This document shows positions 23,826 to 36,432 of a DNA stretch of 64,000 nt, in pieces. This DNA comes from an uncultured SAR86 cluster bacterium (GTDB lineage Bacteria > Pseudomonadota > Gammaproteobacteria > Magnimaribacterales > D2472), in assembly GCA_902626385.1 (NCBI GenBank), contig CACOEZ010000002.1, positions 17,509-81,508 on the forward strand. The letters run 5' to 3'. The position numbers were made by a program, and so were the translations under genes. The notes beneath the pieces were generated by a model, which did not search any database, had not been told where the DNA came from, and saw only the letters and a list, made by a program, of their open reading frames with translations. Numbering within the stretch: position 1 is the stretch's first letter; every line of letters starts with the position of its first letter.

Positions 23826-25061
23826 ATGATATTTTTCTTATACAACTTAATCATATTAATTCTTTTGCCATTAATTTTTGTGAGACTGTTACTTAAAAGT
23901 ATCAAGGATAGTGATTATAGAAAAAATTTACATCACAGACTCGGTATATACAAAAATTCAACTGATGAAGGCCTTGTATGGTTTCACGCAGTCAGTTTGG
24001 GTGAGGTAATAAGTTCCGAGAACCTTATAAACAAGATTTTAGAAAAAGATAAAGTTATTCTTTCAGTTTCTACACCAACAGGTCTTAGGCAAGCCCAAAA
24101 AATATTTAATAGTAGATTGCAGGTTGTTTATGCCCCTTGGGATTTTTACCTTTTTGTTAATAATTTCTTAAAGAACTTTAAGCCTAAAGCTTTAATTATT
24201 TTTGAGACAGAGATATGGCCTTCGATGATTAAAAATTCTTCAGCATCGGGACTTACAGTTATTCTTGCTAATGCTCGATTATCAAAAGATTCGAACGAAA
24301 AGTATTTTCGAATGAATTTTTTTATAAAAGATGTTTTAGATAAAATAACACTTATCCTTGCTCAGAGTAAAAATCATGTTAAAAGGTTTAATAAACTTGG
24401 GGCAGATCAAAATATAATCAAAGAAGTTGGGTCATTAAAATTTGATATAAAAGAAAACGATATAGATATTGGCTCCATTGATGCAGATAAAAATCTTATT
24501 ATTGCCACAAGCACTCATGAAGGCGAGGAAGAAATAATTTGTGAAGTCTTTAAAGATCTTATGGACAAAAATAATTCACTCAGATTAGCTTTAATTCCTA
24601 GGCACCCTGAAAGATCTGAATCTATAGGCAAAATGCTTAATAAAAAAGGAATAAAAAATTCTGTTTTTAATCAGATACCTGAAACTTTTAAAATTGGCGA
24701 GATTACTATTATAAAAGGCGTTGGATTCTTAAATAAACTATACAGTATGGCCGAAGTTGCTTTTATTGGAGGCAGTTTACTAAAGGAATACGGAGGCCAT
24801 AATATAATTGAAGCGAGTGCAAATAAATGCTCGTTTATTGTTGGGCCATTTATGAAAAATTTTGAGGACATAATGGAACAATATATAACTTATGGTGCAT
24901 GTATTCAGCTCAAAAAACCTATTGAACTATCAGATGCATTCGAAAAATTAATGCACGATGACGACTTTAGAAAAAATATGATCGATAAAGGCACTAAACT
25001 TATTGAAAATAATAAAGGCTCATTAGAAAAGCAATATAATTACATAAGCAAATATTTATAA
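23826..25061 (+). CDS. waaA: Kdo transferase
   Basis: WFHAVSLGE, ETEIWP, STHEGEE, PRHPER, GGHNIIE. Confidence 0.92.
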   Translation: MIFFLYNLIILILLPLIFVRLLLKSIKDSDYRKNLHHRLGIYKNSTDEGLVWFHAVSLGEVISSENLINKILEKDKVILSVSTPTGLRQAQKIFNSRLQVVYAPWDFYLFVNNFLKNFKPKALIIFETEIWPSMIKNSSASGLTVILANARLSKDSNEKYFRMNFFIKDVLDKITLILAQSKNHVKRFNKLGADQNIIKEVGSLKFDIKENDIDIGSIDADKNLIIATSTHEGEEEIICEVFKDLMDKNNSLRLALIPRHPERSESIGKMLNKKGIKNSVFNQIPETFKIGEITIIKGVGFLNKLYSMAEVAFIGGSLLKEYGGHNIIEASANKCSFIVGPFMKNFEDIMEQYITYGACIQLKKPIELSDAFEKLMHDDDFRKNMIDKGTKLIENNKGSLEKQYNYISKYL

Positions 25062-25065
25062 ATAA

Positions 25066-25404
<339 letters not shown>

Positions 25405-25437
25405 AAAATTATCATTAAGAAAAAACCTATAATTTTT

Positions 25438-26346
25438 TTGTTTGGACCAACAGCATCAGGAAAAACTGATATGGCTGTAAGAGTGCTAAAAGATTATCCA
25501 GTTGAGTTAATAAGCGTTGATTCGGTTATGGTTTACAAAGATTGTGATATTGGTTCTGCTAAACCGTCAAATGAAGTTTTAAGGAAATATCCCCATCACT
25601 TGGTAAATATAGAATCCTTAGAAAATATCTTTACAGTATCTGATTTTTGCAAGGAATCATTAAAATTGATCGATAAAATTCACGATAATGAGAAGATACC
25701 ACTTTTTGTTGGCGGTTCTATGATGTATTTCAAGTCTTTATTTCATGGTATTCATGATCTACCTGGTAAAGACCATGACTATAGAGAAGAATTAAATCAT
25801 TTAAAAAATAATAATCCTAAAAATTATTTATATTCGTTACTTAAGAATATTGATTCCGTTTATGCTAATCAAATAGAAGAGAATGATCATATTAGAATAA
25901 TTAGAGCATTAGAAATTTATAAACAATCAAATATTAAATTAAGTGATATTTTTAAAGAAACACCCAAGAATGGCATCAAAAATAATTTTGATGTGCACCA
26001 ATTTGGCATTCATCTTGGAAGAGATATTATTCATGAAAGAATTAAAACTAGATTAATTGAGATGTTCGATCAAGGCCTCATTGAAGAGACAATCAATATT
26101 TTAGCTAAATTTCAAATCTCAAATGATCATCCTTTTAGAAAAGCAGTAAACTATAAGCAAACTATTGAATTTATTGATGGCAAGTATCCAAAAGAAATTC
26201 TGATTGATAAATCACTATACGCATCAAGACAACTGGCTAAAAGACAAGATACGTGGATGAGAGGCTGGGTTGAATATACAAAATTAATTGATGGAGATAA
26301 AAAACCTCTCATAAATATTGTTAAAAACACAATATCTTCACTTTAA
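25438..26346 (+). CDS. miaA: tRNA dimethylallyltransferase; true start probably ~25408-25416 (non-canonical)
   Basis: GPTASGKT, ISVDSVMVY, DIGSAKP, RQLAKRQ.TW. Confidence 0.92.
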   Translation: MFGPTASGKTDMAVRVLKDYPVELISVDSVMVYKDCDIGSAKPSNEVLRKYPHHLVNIESLENIFTVSDFCKESLKLIDKIHDNEKIPLFVGGSMMYFKSLFHGIHDLPGKDHDYREELNHLKNNNPKNYLYSLLKNIDSVYANQIEENDHIRIIRALEIYKQSNIKLSDIFKETPKNGIKNNFDVHQFGIHLGRDIIHERIKTRLIEMFDQGLIEETINILAKFQISNDHPFRKAVNYKQTIEFIDGKYPKEILIDKSLYASRQLAKRQDTWMRGWVEYTKLIDGDKKPLINIVKNTISSL

Positions 26347-26403
26347 ATCTGATAATAAGGCCCAACATAAGCTTATAATAAACATAATCAATGAGGTATT
26401 AAT

Positions 26404-27430
26404 GTGAATTGGGATAATAAAGACAATGATCCATGGGGTAATAAAAATGATGCCCCAGACTTTGACGAACTAATTAAAAAATTTTCTTCCATCTTAGGTG
26501 GAAAAAAATCATCATCAAACGGATCAGGTGGTGGAAGTGGCAACAATTTTAGTTTCCCGTCTTCTAGGATATTGATGTATGCGCTTTTTGGTTTTTTAAT
26601 TGTTTATGCGTCTCAATGCATTTATCAGCTTGATGCATCTGAAAGAGCAGTAATTTTAAGGTTTGGTAAATTTTATGAAGAACAAGAAGAGGGACTTAAC
26701 TTCCGATTGGCCGGAATAGATGAAAGGTATATCGAAAATGTATCCCTTACTAGAAGATATACTCAAACTAACAGCATGCTAACAAAAGATGAAAATATTG
26801 TGGACGTTACTGTCTCTGCCCAATATAGAATTGCAAACTTAAAAGACTTTGTTCTAAATGTAAAAGATCCTGAAGGCAGCTTACGTAATGCCATTGAAAG
26901 CGCATTAAGACACGTTGTTGGAGATAATACTCTTGATCAAACACTTACGGTAGGAAGAGAAAATATTGCCCAAGAAGTGCAATCAAGACTTCAATCGTAT
27001 TTGGATATTTATCAGACAGGGCTTATTGTTCAACAAGTAAATATAGAAAAAACAGATCCACCAGCTGCAGTAAAGAACGCTTTTGATGATGTTGTGGCAG
27101 CAAGAGAGGATAAGGAAAGACTTCAAAATGAAGCTGAAAGATATGCATTGTCGATTGTTCCAGAGGCCAGGGGTCAAGCTCAGGCAAGAATAAAAGAAGC
27201 TGAAGCATATAAGGAGGCTGTAGTTGCTGAGGCTGAAGGTGAGGTCGAAAGATTTAATCAACTGCTCACTGAGTATTTAAAAGCTCCTGAGGTAACAAGA
27301 GACAGGTTATATCTTGATGCTCTTCAATCAGTCTTATCTAATTCAACAAAAGTTATGGTAGATGTAGAGGGCGGTAACAATTTACTCTATCTACCATTAG
27401 ATAAAATCATGGAAGAAAATAAAAAGAAAG

Positions 27431-27447
<17 letters not shown>
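26404..27447 (+). CDS. hflK: FtsH modulator HflK
   Basis: DPWG..PDFDE N-terminus, SPFH domain, MLTKDENIV, APEVTRDRLY. Confidence 0.93.
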
Positions 27448-29535
<2,088 letters not shown>

Positions 29536-29536
29536 T

Positions 29537-29950
29537 TTATTTAAGTGTTTGGAGGAACTTATCCAGACTAGCATTAATAAATTTATATGAATCTGGGCTA
29601 GAAAATTTTTTTGACAGCCTCAAAGATTCGTCTATTACAACTAATTTATCTAGAACGCCATATAACATTTCGTTAATAGCAAAATACAAAATAGATTTAT
29701 CTATTAATTCTATATTTGAATCTTTTATATCTAATGACTTAATTTTAGACTCAATTTCACTTCTGTTTTTTTCAAGCGAAAGCAATGATTCAGAAAATAA
29801 ATTTAAATCGAATTTTTTTGATTTATGTTCCTCTTTAAATTGAGCAATTATTTTGTCTGCCTGCTGGTTGTCAAAAAGCATTTGAAAAATTGCTTGAATA
29901 AGATACTCACGAGATTTTACTGCAATCTTATAATTTGCGAGATTTTTCAT
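29537..29950 (-). CDS. nusB: Transcription antitermination factor NusB
   Basis: SREYLIQAIFQ, IDKSIL, VVIDES..LSKKF, FINASLDK; follows ribH. Confidence 0.85.
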   Translation of the reverse strand: MKNLANYKIAVKSREYLIQAIFQMLFDNQQADKIIAQFKEEHKSKKFDLNLFSESLLSLEKNRSEIESKIKSLDIKDSNIELIDKSILYFAINEMLYGVLDKLVVIDESLRLSKKFSSPDSYKFINASLDKFLQTLK

Positions 29951-30338
29951 GAATAAGATTAATCAATGCCTTAGAGTTATTTCGTGTATTTTTTTCAATT
30001 CGCTCATTAAGTTGTAATTCATTTTCAACGCAAATTACATTATTAATTATTGAAATATCAGAATAATCATCAGCTAATTTGCCAATTGACCTAAAAGTTT
30101 CAGTACTCACCAGATCATAATGAGAGGTTTCACCTCTTATAACGATTCCATGGAAGATAATTCCATCAAATTTAGTTTTCTGCATTTTATTTCTTGCTAA
30201 AGCAGCAAGCTCTATTGCGCCAGGAGCTTGAACTTTCTCACATTTAAAACTTCTTTCAAGCACCTCAATAGATATATCCAACATCTTAGTAATTTTTTCT
30301 TGGTACCATGATGTATGAACTAATAATATCTTATTCAT
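29928..30338 (-). CDS. ribH: 6,7-dimethyl-8-ribityllumazine synthase (divergent, short)
   Basis: PGAIEL, GIVIRGETSHYD; position between ribB and nusB. Confidence 0.85.
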   Translation of the reverse strand: MNKILLVHTSWYQEKITKMLDISIEVLERSFKCEKVQAPGAIELAALARNKMQKTKFDGIIFHGIVIRGETSHYDLVSTETFRSIGKLADDYSDISIINNVICVENELQLNERIEKNTRNNSKALINLIHEKSRKL

Positions 30339-31410
30339 TTTTAAATCCAGTTATCTCAATATCAAAACCAGAAACAGCATTATATTTTGTAGGTGTGCCT
30401 AGAACAGTAATTTTCTTTAGGTTTAAAGCTCTCAGTATTTGAGACCCAACACCAATTACTCTTCTATTACTTTTTGGTTCAATTTCTTTTTCTTCAAGTT
30501 TATTAAGCCAATAACTTTTGGCATCTCTATGATTGATAAGAACGAATAAACCCGTTCCTTCTTCAGATATCTTTTTTAAAGAGTTTCTTATTGACCAATT
30601 TTTTCCTAGCTCATCGATGCCCAGTATATCCTGAAGAATACTTTGAGTTTGAACTCTTACAAGAGGCGACTCTACATTATTGATATCACCTTTGGATAGT
30701 GAGAAGTGATACTCATCATATATTTTGTCTCTCCAAACATTTAGTTTGAATTCTCCAAATTCATTTGTAATATCTTTATCAAGGACTGATTCTATAGTTG
30801 CATCCATTGATAGCCTATAGTCAATTAAGTCAGCAATCGTTCCAACTTTGATATTATTTTCCTTTCCGAATTTTAGCAAGTCATCTCTTCTTGCCATGGT
30901 TCCATCATCATTCATAATTTCGCATATAACACCCGCCGGTTGAAATCCAGCTAATTTTGCTAAGTCACATGCTGCCTCAGTATGACCAGCTCTACTTAAG
31001 ACACCTCCTTTCATTGCTTTTAGTGGAAATATGTGACCAGGTTGAACTATGTCAGATGGCTTAGATTCTTTATCCACTGCAGTTTTTATTGTATGTGCTC
31101 TATCTGCAGCAGAAATTCCTGTTGTTATGCCTTCAGCAGCTTCGATAGAGACTGTAAAGGCTGTTTTATTCGCGGCTCTATTATTATTTGTCATCATCTT
31201 AAGATCATATTTTTTACATAACTCTTTACTCATAGGTAGACATATAAGCCCTTTACCTTTGGAAGCCATAAAGTTGATTATTTCAGGAGTTACTGATTCG
31301 GCAGCACAAATAAGATCGCCTTCATTTTCTCTCGATTCATCATCGACAATAATGACCATTTTTCCTGCCTTAATGTCTTCGATTATTTCTAGCGTATTAC
31401 TTTTTTCCAT
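30331..31410 (-). CDS. ribB: DHBP synthase fused to degenerate GTP cyclohydrolase II domain (RibBX-type)
   Basis: DDESRENEGD, TAFTVSIEA, RAGHTEA, CEIMNDDG; C-terminal domain lacks the Zn-binding Cys residues. Confidence 0.92.
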   Translation of the reverse strand: MEKSNTLEIIEDIKAGKMVIIVDDESRENEGDLICAAESVTPEIINFMASKGKGLICLPMSKELCKKYDLKMMTNNNRAANKTAFTVSIEAAEGITTGISAADRAHTIKTAVDKESKPSDIVQPGHIFPLKAMKGGVLSRAGHTEAACDLAKLAGFQPAGVICEIMNDDGTMARRDDLLKFGKENNIKVGTIADLIDYRLSMDATIESVLDKDITNEFGEFKLNVWRDKIYDEYHFSLSKGDINNVESPLVRVQTQSILQDILGIDELGKNWSIRNSLKKISEEGTGLFVLINHRDAKSYWLNKLEEKEIEPKSNRRVIGVGSQILRALNLKKITVLGTPTKYNAVSGFDIEITGFKNE

Positions 31411-32425
31411 TTTTTAGATATATATCCTTTATATCGCAACCAATTTTACATGACGATTCTAATTTAAAACCATATTTTTCAATAGCATTATTTTGTCTGA
31501 ACCAACTTACTGCGGTTTCGCCAAGTTTATTTGGAGATGTATAGACTACAAGCTCATCAACAAAACCTGATTCTAAGAATGCATTTGCCAATTTTGGGCC
31601 AGCCTCAATAAGAATAGAGCAAATATCATTTTGCAGTATTTTTAATATAGCACTTTCAATATCATTATTTTTAATATGTGTTGTCTTGCTACCTTTAAAA
31701 AATGGACGTTCTAATTTATCAAGATTTGGATTATATGATTTTGATAATAATATTTTTTCAGGCTGGTTTACATGAAAATTCACTCTTGCATTCATTCTTG
31801 GATTATCGTTAAGCAATGTATTTTTCCCAGTCAAAATTGCATCGTTTTCAGCTCTTAATTTCTGAACATCATCGTTCGACTCCTCGCACGTAATATAAAC
31901 TCTCTCTTGACTATTGAAGTGAGATTTTCCATCAAGTGAACTAGCTATTTTAAGAGTTATATAAGGTTTATTATTTTTGTGTCTATAAAAGAAAAATTTA
32001 TTCTGCTCAGCTACTAGATCTTGGTGGATCCCAATTTCAACTTCTATGTTGTTCTTTTTTAAAATATCTACTCCTTTTCCAGATACTTTAGGGTTTGGAT
32101 CAATAGAACCAATAATAACTTTTTTAATACCTGAATCTACAATAGCTTCAGCGCATGAGCCTGTTTTCCCAATATGACTACATGGCTCTAAAGTACATAT
32201 AAGCGTTAACTCTGAAAAGCTTGTAAACTTTTTGTTTATAAGCTTCTTTGCTTGGAAAATTGCATTAATTTCTGCATGATTCTCACCAAACTTTTCATGA
32301 TATCCTTCGGAAATTATCTCATTATTCTTAACCAAAATAGCTCCAACTACTGGGTTTGGTTTTGCTGTATATTTATTGCGGCCAGCTTCAGTAATAGCAC
32401 GAAGCATAAAATCTTCGTAATTCAT
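31397..32425 (-). CDS. ribD: Riboflavin biosynthesis deaminase/reductase
   Basis: PNPVVGA, HAE, TLEPCSH...C, SLDGK, DNP, IEAG. Confidence 0.92.
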   Translation of the reverse strand: MNYEDFMLRAITEAGRNKYTAKPNPVVGAILVKNNEIISEGYHEKFGENHAEINAIFQAKKLINKKFTSFSELTLICTLEPCSHIGKTGSCAEAIVDSGIKKVIIGSIDPNPKVSGKGVDILKKNNIEVEIGIHQDLVAEQNKFFFYRHKNNKPYITLKIASSLDGKSHFNSQERVYITCEESNDDVQKLRAENDAILTGKNTLLNDNPRMNARVNFHVNQPEKILLSKSYNPNLDKLERPFFKGSKTTHIKNNDIESAILKILQNDICSILIEAGPKLANAFLESGFVDELVVYTSPNKLGETAVSWFRQNNAIEKYGFKLESSCKIGCDIKDIYLKNGKK

Positions 32426-32904
32426 CTTTTTTTTGGTTTTTTGCTTTTTGGTTTTTCCTTTGAAAGAGAACTAATTTCTTCTGAAAAATCTTTGATATCT
32501 TGAAAATCTCTGTATACAGAAGCGAATCTAACATAAGCTACAGTATCAACTTCCTTTAGTGCATTCATCATTATTTCACCAATCTCAATAGACTTTATTT
32601 CGCGAACACCTCTAACCCTAATTTCTTTTAATATTTTCCCAAAGACAATATCAATTTCTTCAATTGATAGTGGTCTCTTTTCCAAAGCTCGTAACATACC
32701 TTTTTTTAATTTAGATCCGTTGAAAGGTTGTCTTTCACCATTACTTTTTATAACTCTTGGAAGTGCCAAATCAGGAGTTTCAAATGTTGTAAATCTTGAG
32801 TGACAAACTTCACAAGATCTTCTTCTTCTTATTTGTGAACCATCTGTAACTAACCTTGAATCTATGACTTTTGTGTCTTCGGCCTGACAGAATGGACAAT
32901 ACAT
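32422..32904 (-). CDS. nrdR: Transcriptional repressor NrdR
   Basis: MYCPFC, RRRRSCEVC..RFTTFE, ATP cone, AYVRFASVY. Confidence 0.96.
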   Translation of the reverse strand: MYCPFCQAEDTKVIDSRLVTDGSQIRRRRSCEVCHSRFTTFETPDLALPRVIKSNGERQPFNGSKLKKGMLRALEKRPLSIEEIDIVFGKILKEIRVRGVREIKSIEIGEIMMNALKEVDTVAYVRFASVYRDFQDIKDFSEEISSLSKEKPKSKKPKKR

Positions 32905-34185
32905 TTATATGTTATAAACTGGAAAATCTTGGGTCAAAGAATGAACATCATCTTTAATTTTTTTGTGTAAAGACTCATCATCAAAGTTGTCTATAATATC
33001 TGAAATCCAGTTTGCAACTTGGATTACCTCGCTGTTTCCAAAGCCTCTTGTAGTTATTGCAGGAGTTCCAATTCTTATGCCAGAGGTTACAAAAGGTGAC
33101 GCAGTATCATTTGGAACAGAGTTTTTGTTAACAGTAATGTTCACGGAGCCAAGAACCCTTTCAAGATCCTTACCTGTAATGTTTTTATTTCTCAAATCAA
33201 CAAGAACAATATGGTTTTCAGTGCCATTTGATACTACATTAATATTTCTATTCATTATTGTTTCAGCCATTAATTTTGCATTACTCATAACTTCTTTAAT
33301 GTAGGTTTTAAATTCTGGTTCGAGAGCTTCTTTAAAGCAAATCGCCTTAGCTGCGACTACATGCATAAGAGGACCTCCTTGAGATCCAGGGAAAACAGCT
33401 GAATTAAGTTTCTTTTCTATCTCTTCATTTTTTTTCGCAAGAATAATTCCTGATCTTGGCCCTCTAAGAGTTTTATGTGTTGTTGACGTTACAACATCAG
33501 CATAAGGAACAGGAGATGGATAAAGATCCGCAGCAACAAGTCCAGACACATGCGCCATATCTACAAGAAAATAAGCACCAACCTCATCAGCAATTTCTCT
33601 AAACTTTTTCCAATCAATAATTCCTGAAAAAGCTGAAAAACCAGCTATTATTAATTTCGGTTTATGTTGTTTAGCTAAAGATAATACTTCGTCATAATTA
33701 ATGTCATTAGTTTCAGGATGAAGACCATATTGAAAACTTGTGTAGTTCCTTCCTGAAAAGTTAACCTTTGATCCGTGAGTTAAGTGACCACCATGATCGA
33801 GACTCATCCCAAGAATAATATCATTAGGTTCAAGCAAAGCTAGAAAAGCAGCTGCATTTGCAGATGATCCAGAATGTGGCTGAACATTTGCGTAATCAGC
33901 TTTAAAAAGTTCCTTAGCCCTATCAATTGCAAGATTCTCAGCTACATCGACGTGCTCACATCCACCATAATATCTTTTAGAGGGGTATCCCTCAGCATAT
34001 TTATTTGTAAGTAAAGATCCTTGTGCTTCAAGGATTCTTTTTGAAGCATAATTTTCGGATGCAATTAATTCGATATGATCTTCCTGTCTTTTAGCTTCGC
34101 TTTCAAAAGATTTCCAAAGATCCACGTCATAATCTTTAATATTTGATGAATTAGAAAAAATACTATCGCTTTTGTTTGATTTCAT
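32905..34185 (-). CDS. glyA: Serine hydroxymethyltransferase
   Basis: [32 protein letters not shown]. Confidence 0.97.
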   Translation of the reverse strand: MKSNKSDSIFSNSSNIKDYDVDLWKSFESEAKRQEDHIELIASENYASKRILEAQGSLLTNKYAEGYPSKRYYGGCEHVDVAENLAIDRAKELFKADYANVQPHSGSSANAAAFLALLEPNDIILGMSLDHGGHLTHGSKVNFSGRNYTSFQYGLHPETNDINYDEVLSLAKQHKPKLIIAGFSAFSGIIDWKKFREIADEVGAYFLVDMAHVSGLVAADLYPSPVPYADVVTSTTHKTLRGPRSGIILAKKNEEIEKKLNSAVFPGSQGGPLMHVVAAKAICFKEALEPEFKTYIKEVMSNAKLMAETIMNRNINVVSNGTENHIVLVDLRNKNITGKDLERVLGSVNITVNKNSVPNDTASPFVTSGIRIGTPAITTRGFGNSEVIQVANWISDIIDNFDDESLHKKIKDDVHSLTQDFPVYNI

Positions 34186-34224
34186 AATAATAAAAGTATG
34201 TTTGGAAATGTAATTTTATCCTAT

Positions 34225-34878
34225 CTAAGGTTTTTTGTGGACAAAAGGTTTCTTCCTTTTAGGATAACATTTTCTACATATTTCGCACTCCAATCCATAA
34301 CATTCTCGGGCTTGACAGAACTCTCTTCCCCAAAAAATTATTTGAAGATGAAGTTTATTCCAAGCAGACCTAGGAAAGATCTTTTTTAAATCTTCCTCAG
34401 TTTTTTTTACATTTTTACCATTTGTAAGCCCCCATCTCTGAGCTAATCTATGTATATGAGTATCTACAGCAAAAGCAGGTATACCGAATCCCTGACTCAT
34501 GACCACAGAAGCAGTTTTATGTCCGACTCCAGGTAATTTTTCAAGATCTTTAAAATTGTTCGGTACCTCTCCCATGAAATTTTTTACCAAGATAGAAGAT
34601 AGTTTTTTAATTGCAGCTGATTTCTGAGGACCTAATCCACATGGCTTTATGATTTTGTAAATCTGATTTTGAGTCAATTTTGACATGGTCTTTGGAGAAG
34701 ATGCTTTTGAAAAAAGAATTGGAGTTATTTGATTAACCCTCTCATCGGTACACTGAGCAGACAATAGAACAGCAATTAGTAGGGAGAAATTGTCATCATG
34801 ATTTAGTGGAACAGGTGTTTTAGGATATTTTTTATCAAGTATCTTTTTTACAATTATTGCTCGTTCAGATTTCTTCAT
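34225..34878 (-). CDS. nth: Endonuclease III
   Basis: LLSAQCTDERVN, HhH LPGVGHKTA, VDTHIHR, C-terminal Cys cluster. Confidence 0.9.
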   Translation of the reverse strand: MKKSERAIIVKKILDKKYPKTPVPLNHDDNFSLLIAVLLSAQCTDERVNQITPILFSKASSPKTMSKLTQNQIYKIIKPCGLGPQKSAAIKKLSSILVKNFMGEVPNNFKDLEKLPGVGHKTASVVMSQGFGIPAFAVDTHIHRLAQRWGLTNGKNVKKTEEDLKKIFPRSAWNKLHLQIIFWGREFCQARECYGLECEICRKCYPKRKKPFVHKKP

Positions 34879-34901
34879 GACAACAAATGTAGCATAATAA
34901 A

Positions 34902-35222
34902 TTGTTTTTTATGAATAGAAAAAAAATTCAAAAAATCTTATTCAAGCTAAAAGATTCATTTCTTGAGGAAACTGAAGAAAATAGAAGAATGCTTGATATT
35001 TATGCTAATTACATTGATGGAAAGGCAAGTGATCAAGAGATTGATGAAGCTAATTATCAATTAAAACAAGTTTTAAAAAGTTTTGGTTTAGGAATATTAG
35101 TAATTTTGCCATTCAGTCCTATATCTATTCCATATGTTTTAAAAAAAGCAAAAGAATATGATATTGAGTTAATTCCTGATTGGTATAAGGGTTTAAGTAA
35201 AGATAAAGATGAACTAGAATAG
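34902..35222 (+). CDS. Hypothetical small membrane-associated protein (LETM1-like helix motif); probable start 34911
   Basis: 106-aa ORF filling the gap; EANYQLKQVLKSFGLGILVILPFSPISIP. Confidence 0.6.
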   Translation: MFFMNRKKIQKILFKLKDSFLEETEENRRMLDIYANYIDGKASDQEIDEANYQLKQVLKSFGLGILVILPFSPISIPYVLKKAKEYDIELIPDWYKGLSKDKDELE

Positions 35223-35244
35223 TTAGGTTTGTAACGGAGAAATT

Positions 35245-36432
35245 ATGAGAAATGTAGTAATAGTGGATAGTGTCAGAACAGGTTTAGCAAAATCTCATCG
35301 AGGTGGCTTTAACATGACAAGGCCGGATGAAATGTTGGCACATATAATTGATGCAATGTTAGATAGAAATCCAGACATGCCCCCAGAAGCGGTAGAAGAT
35401 ATTATCATGGGATGTGGAAATCCTGAGGGCGCTCAAGGTCATAATATTGGAAGGAACGCTGCAGTTTTATCAAAATTGCCTATGACCACAGGTGGAACAA
35501 CTGTAAATAGATATTGTTCTTCAGGAATGCAGTCAATTTCAATGGCAGCAAGTCAAATTATGGCAGGCTGTTACGATACAGTAATTGCTGGTGGAGCAGA
35601 AACTATTTCGATGATGAACATGAATATGGATAATTTTGTAAACGAAAGATTGGCCGAGGAAGTTCCAGGTATTTATTTTCCAATGGGCATGACAGCAGAA
35701 GTTGTAGCTAAAAGGTACGATGTTTCTAGAGAATCTCAAGACGAATACGCTTATGAAAGTCAGATGAGAACAGCTGCAGCTCAACAGTCGGGAGCATATG
35801 ATGATGAAATTATTCCTATGGAAACAAAAATGTTGTTGACTAATAAAGAGACAGGGGATTCAAAAGAAATTGATTATACAGTCGATAAGGATGAGTGTAA
35901 TAGGCCTGAGACAACTCTAGAAGGACTTTCGTCATTAAAGCCAGTCTTTGATCCAGAAAACGGTTCTGTTACAGCTGGAAATTCGTCTCAACTTTCTGAT
36001 GGGGCTTCTGTGACTTTGGTAATGTCTGAGGACAAAGCAAAGGAATTAGGCCTAAAGCCATTGGCATATTTTAGAGGTTTTACAACTATGGGATGTGAGC
36101 CGGATGAAATGGGAATTGGACCAGTGTATTCAGTTCCAAAACTCCTTAATAATTATAATATGTCAATAGATGATATAGATCTTTGGGAGCTAAATGAAGC
36201 TTTTGCCGTTCAAGTTGTATATTGCAGAGATAAACTTGGGATTCCTATGGAAAAGCTTAACTTAGATGGCGGTTCAATATCTATTGGACACCCCTTTGGA
36301 ATGACAGGATCCAGACAAGTGGGTCACATCGCAAGGCAGCTTCACAGCTTAGACAAACAATTTGGTGTTGTAACTATGTGTGTTGGTGGAGGCATGGGAG
36401 CCAGCGGCCTGTTTGAAAGATATCCTTCTTGA
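35245..36432 (+). CDS. Acetyl-CoA C-acyltransferase (thiolase)
   Basis: NRYCSSG, NEAFA, GHPFGMTG, MCVGGGMG. Confidence 0.93.
   Translation: MRNVVIVDSVRTGLAKSHRGGFNMTRPDEMLAHIIDAMLDRNPDMPPEAVEDIIMGCGNPEGAQGHNIGRNAAVLSKLPMTTGGTTVNRYCSSGMQSISMAASQIMAGCYDTVIAGGAETISMMNMNMDNFVNERLAEEVPGIYFPMGMTAEVVAKRYDVSRESQDEYAYESQMRTAAAQQSGAYDDEIIPMETKMLLTNKETGDSKEIDYTVDKDECNRPETTLEGLSSLKPVFDPENGSVTAGNSSQLSDGASVTLVMSEDKAKELGLKPLAYFRGFTTMGCEPDEMGIGPVYSVPKLLNNYNMSIDDIDLWELNEAFAVQVVYCRDKLGIPMEKLNLDGGSISIGHPFGMTGSRQVGHIARQLHSLDKQFGVVTMCVGGGMGASGLFERYPS

Noticed and set aside
26340-26370. Possible sigma-32 promoter (CTTTAAA...CCCAACAT) upstream of hflK
   Set aside because: The match to consensus is too weak in AT-rich DNA to support a call.
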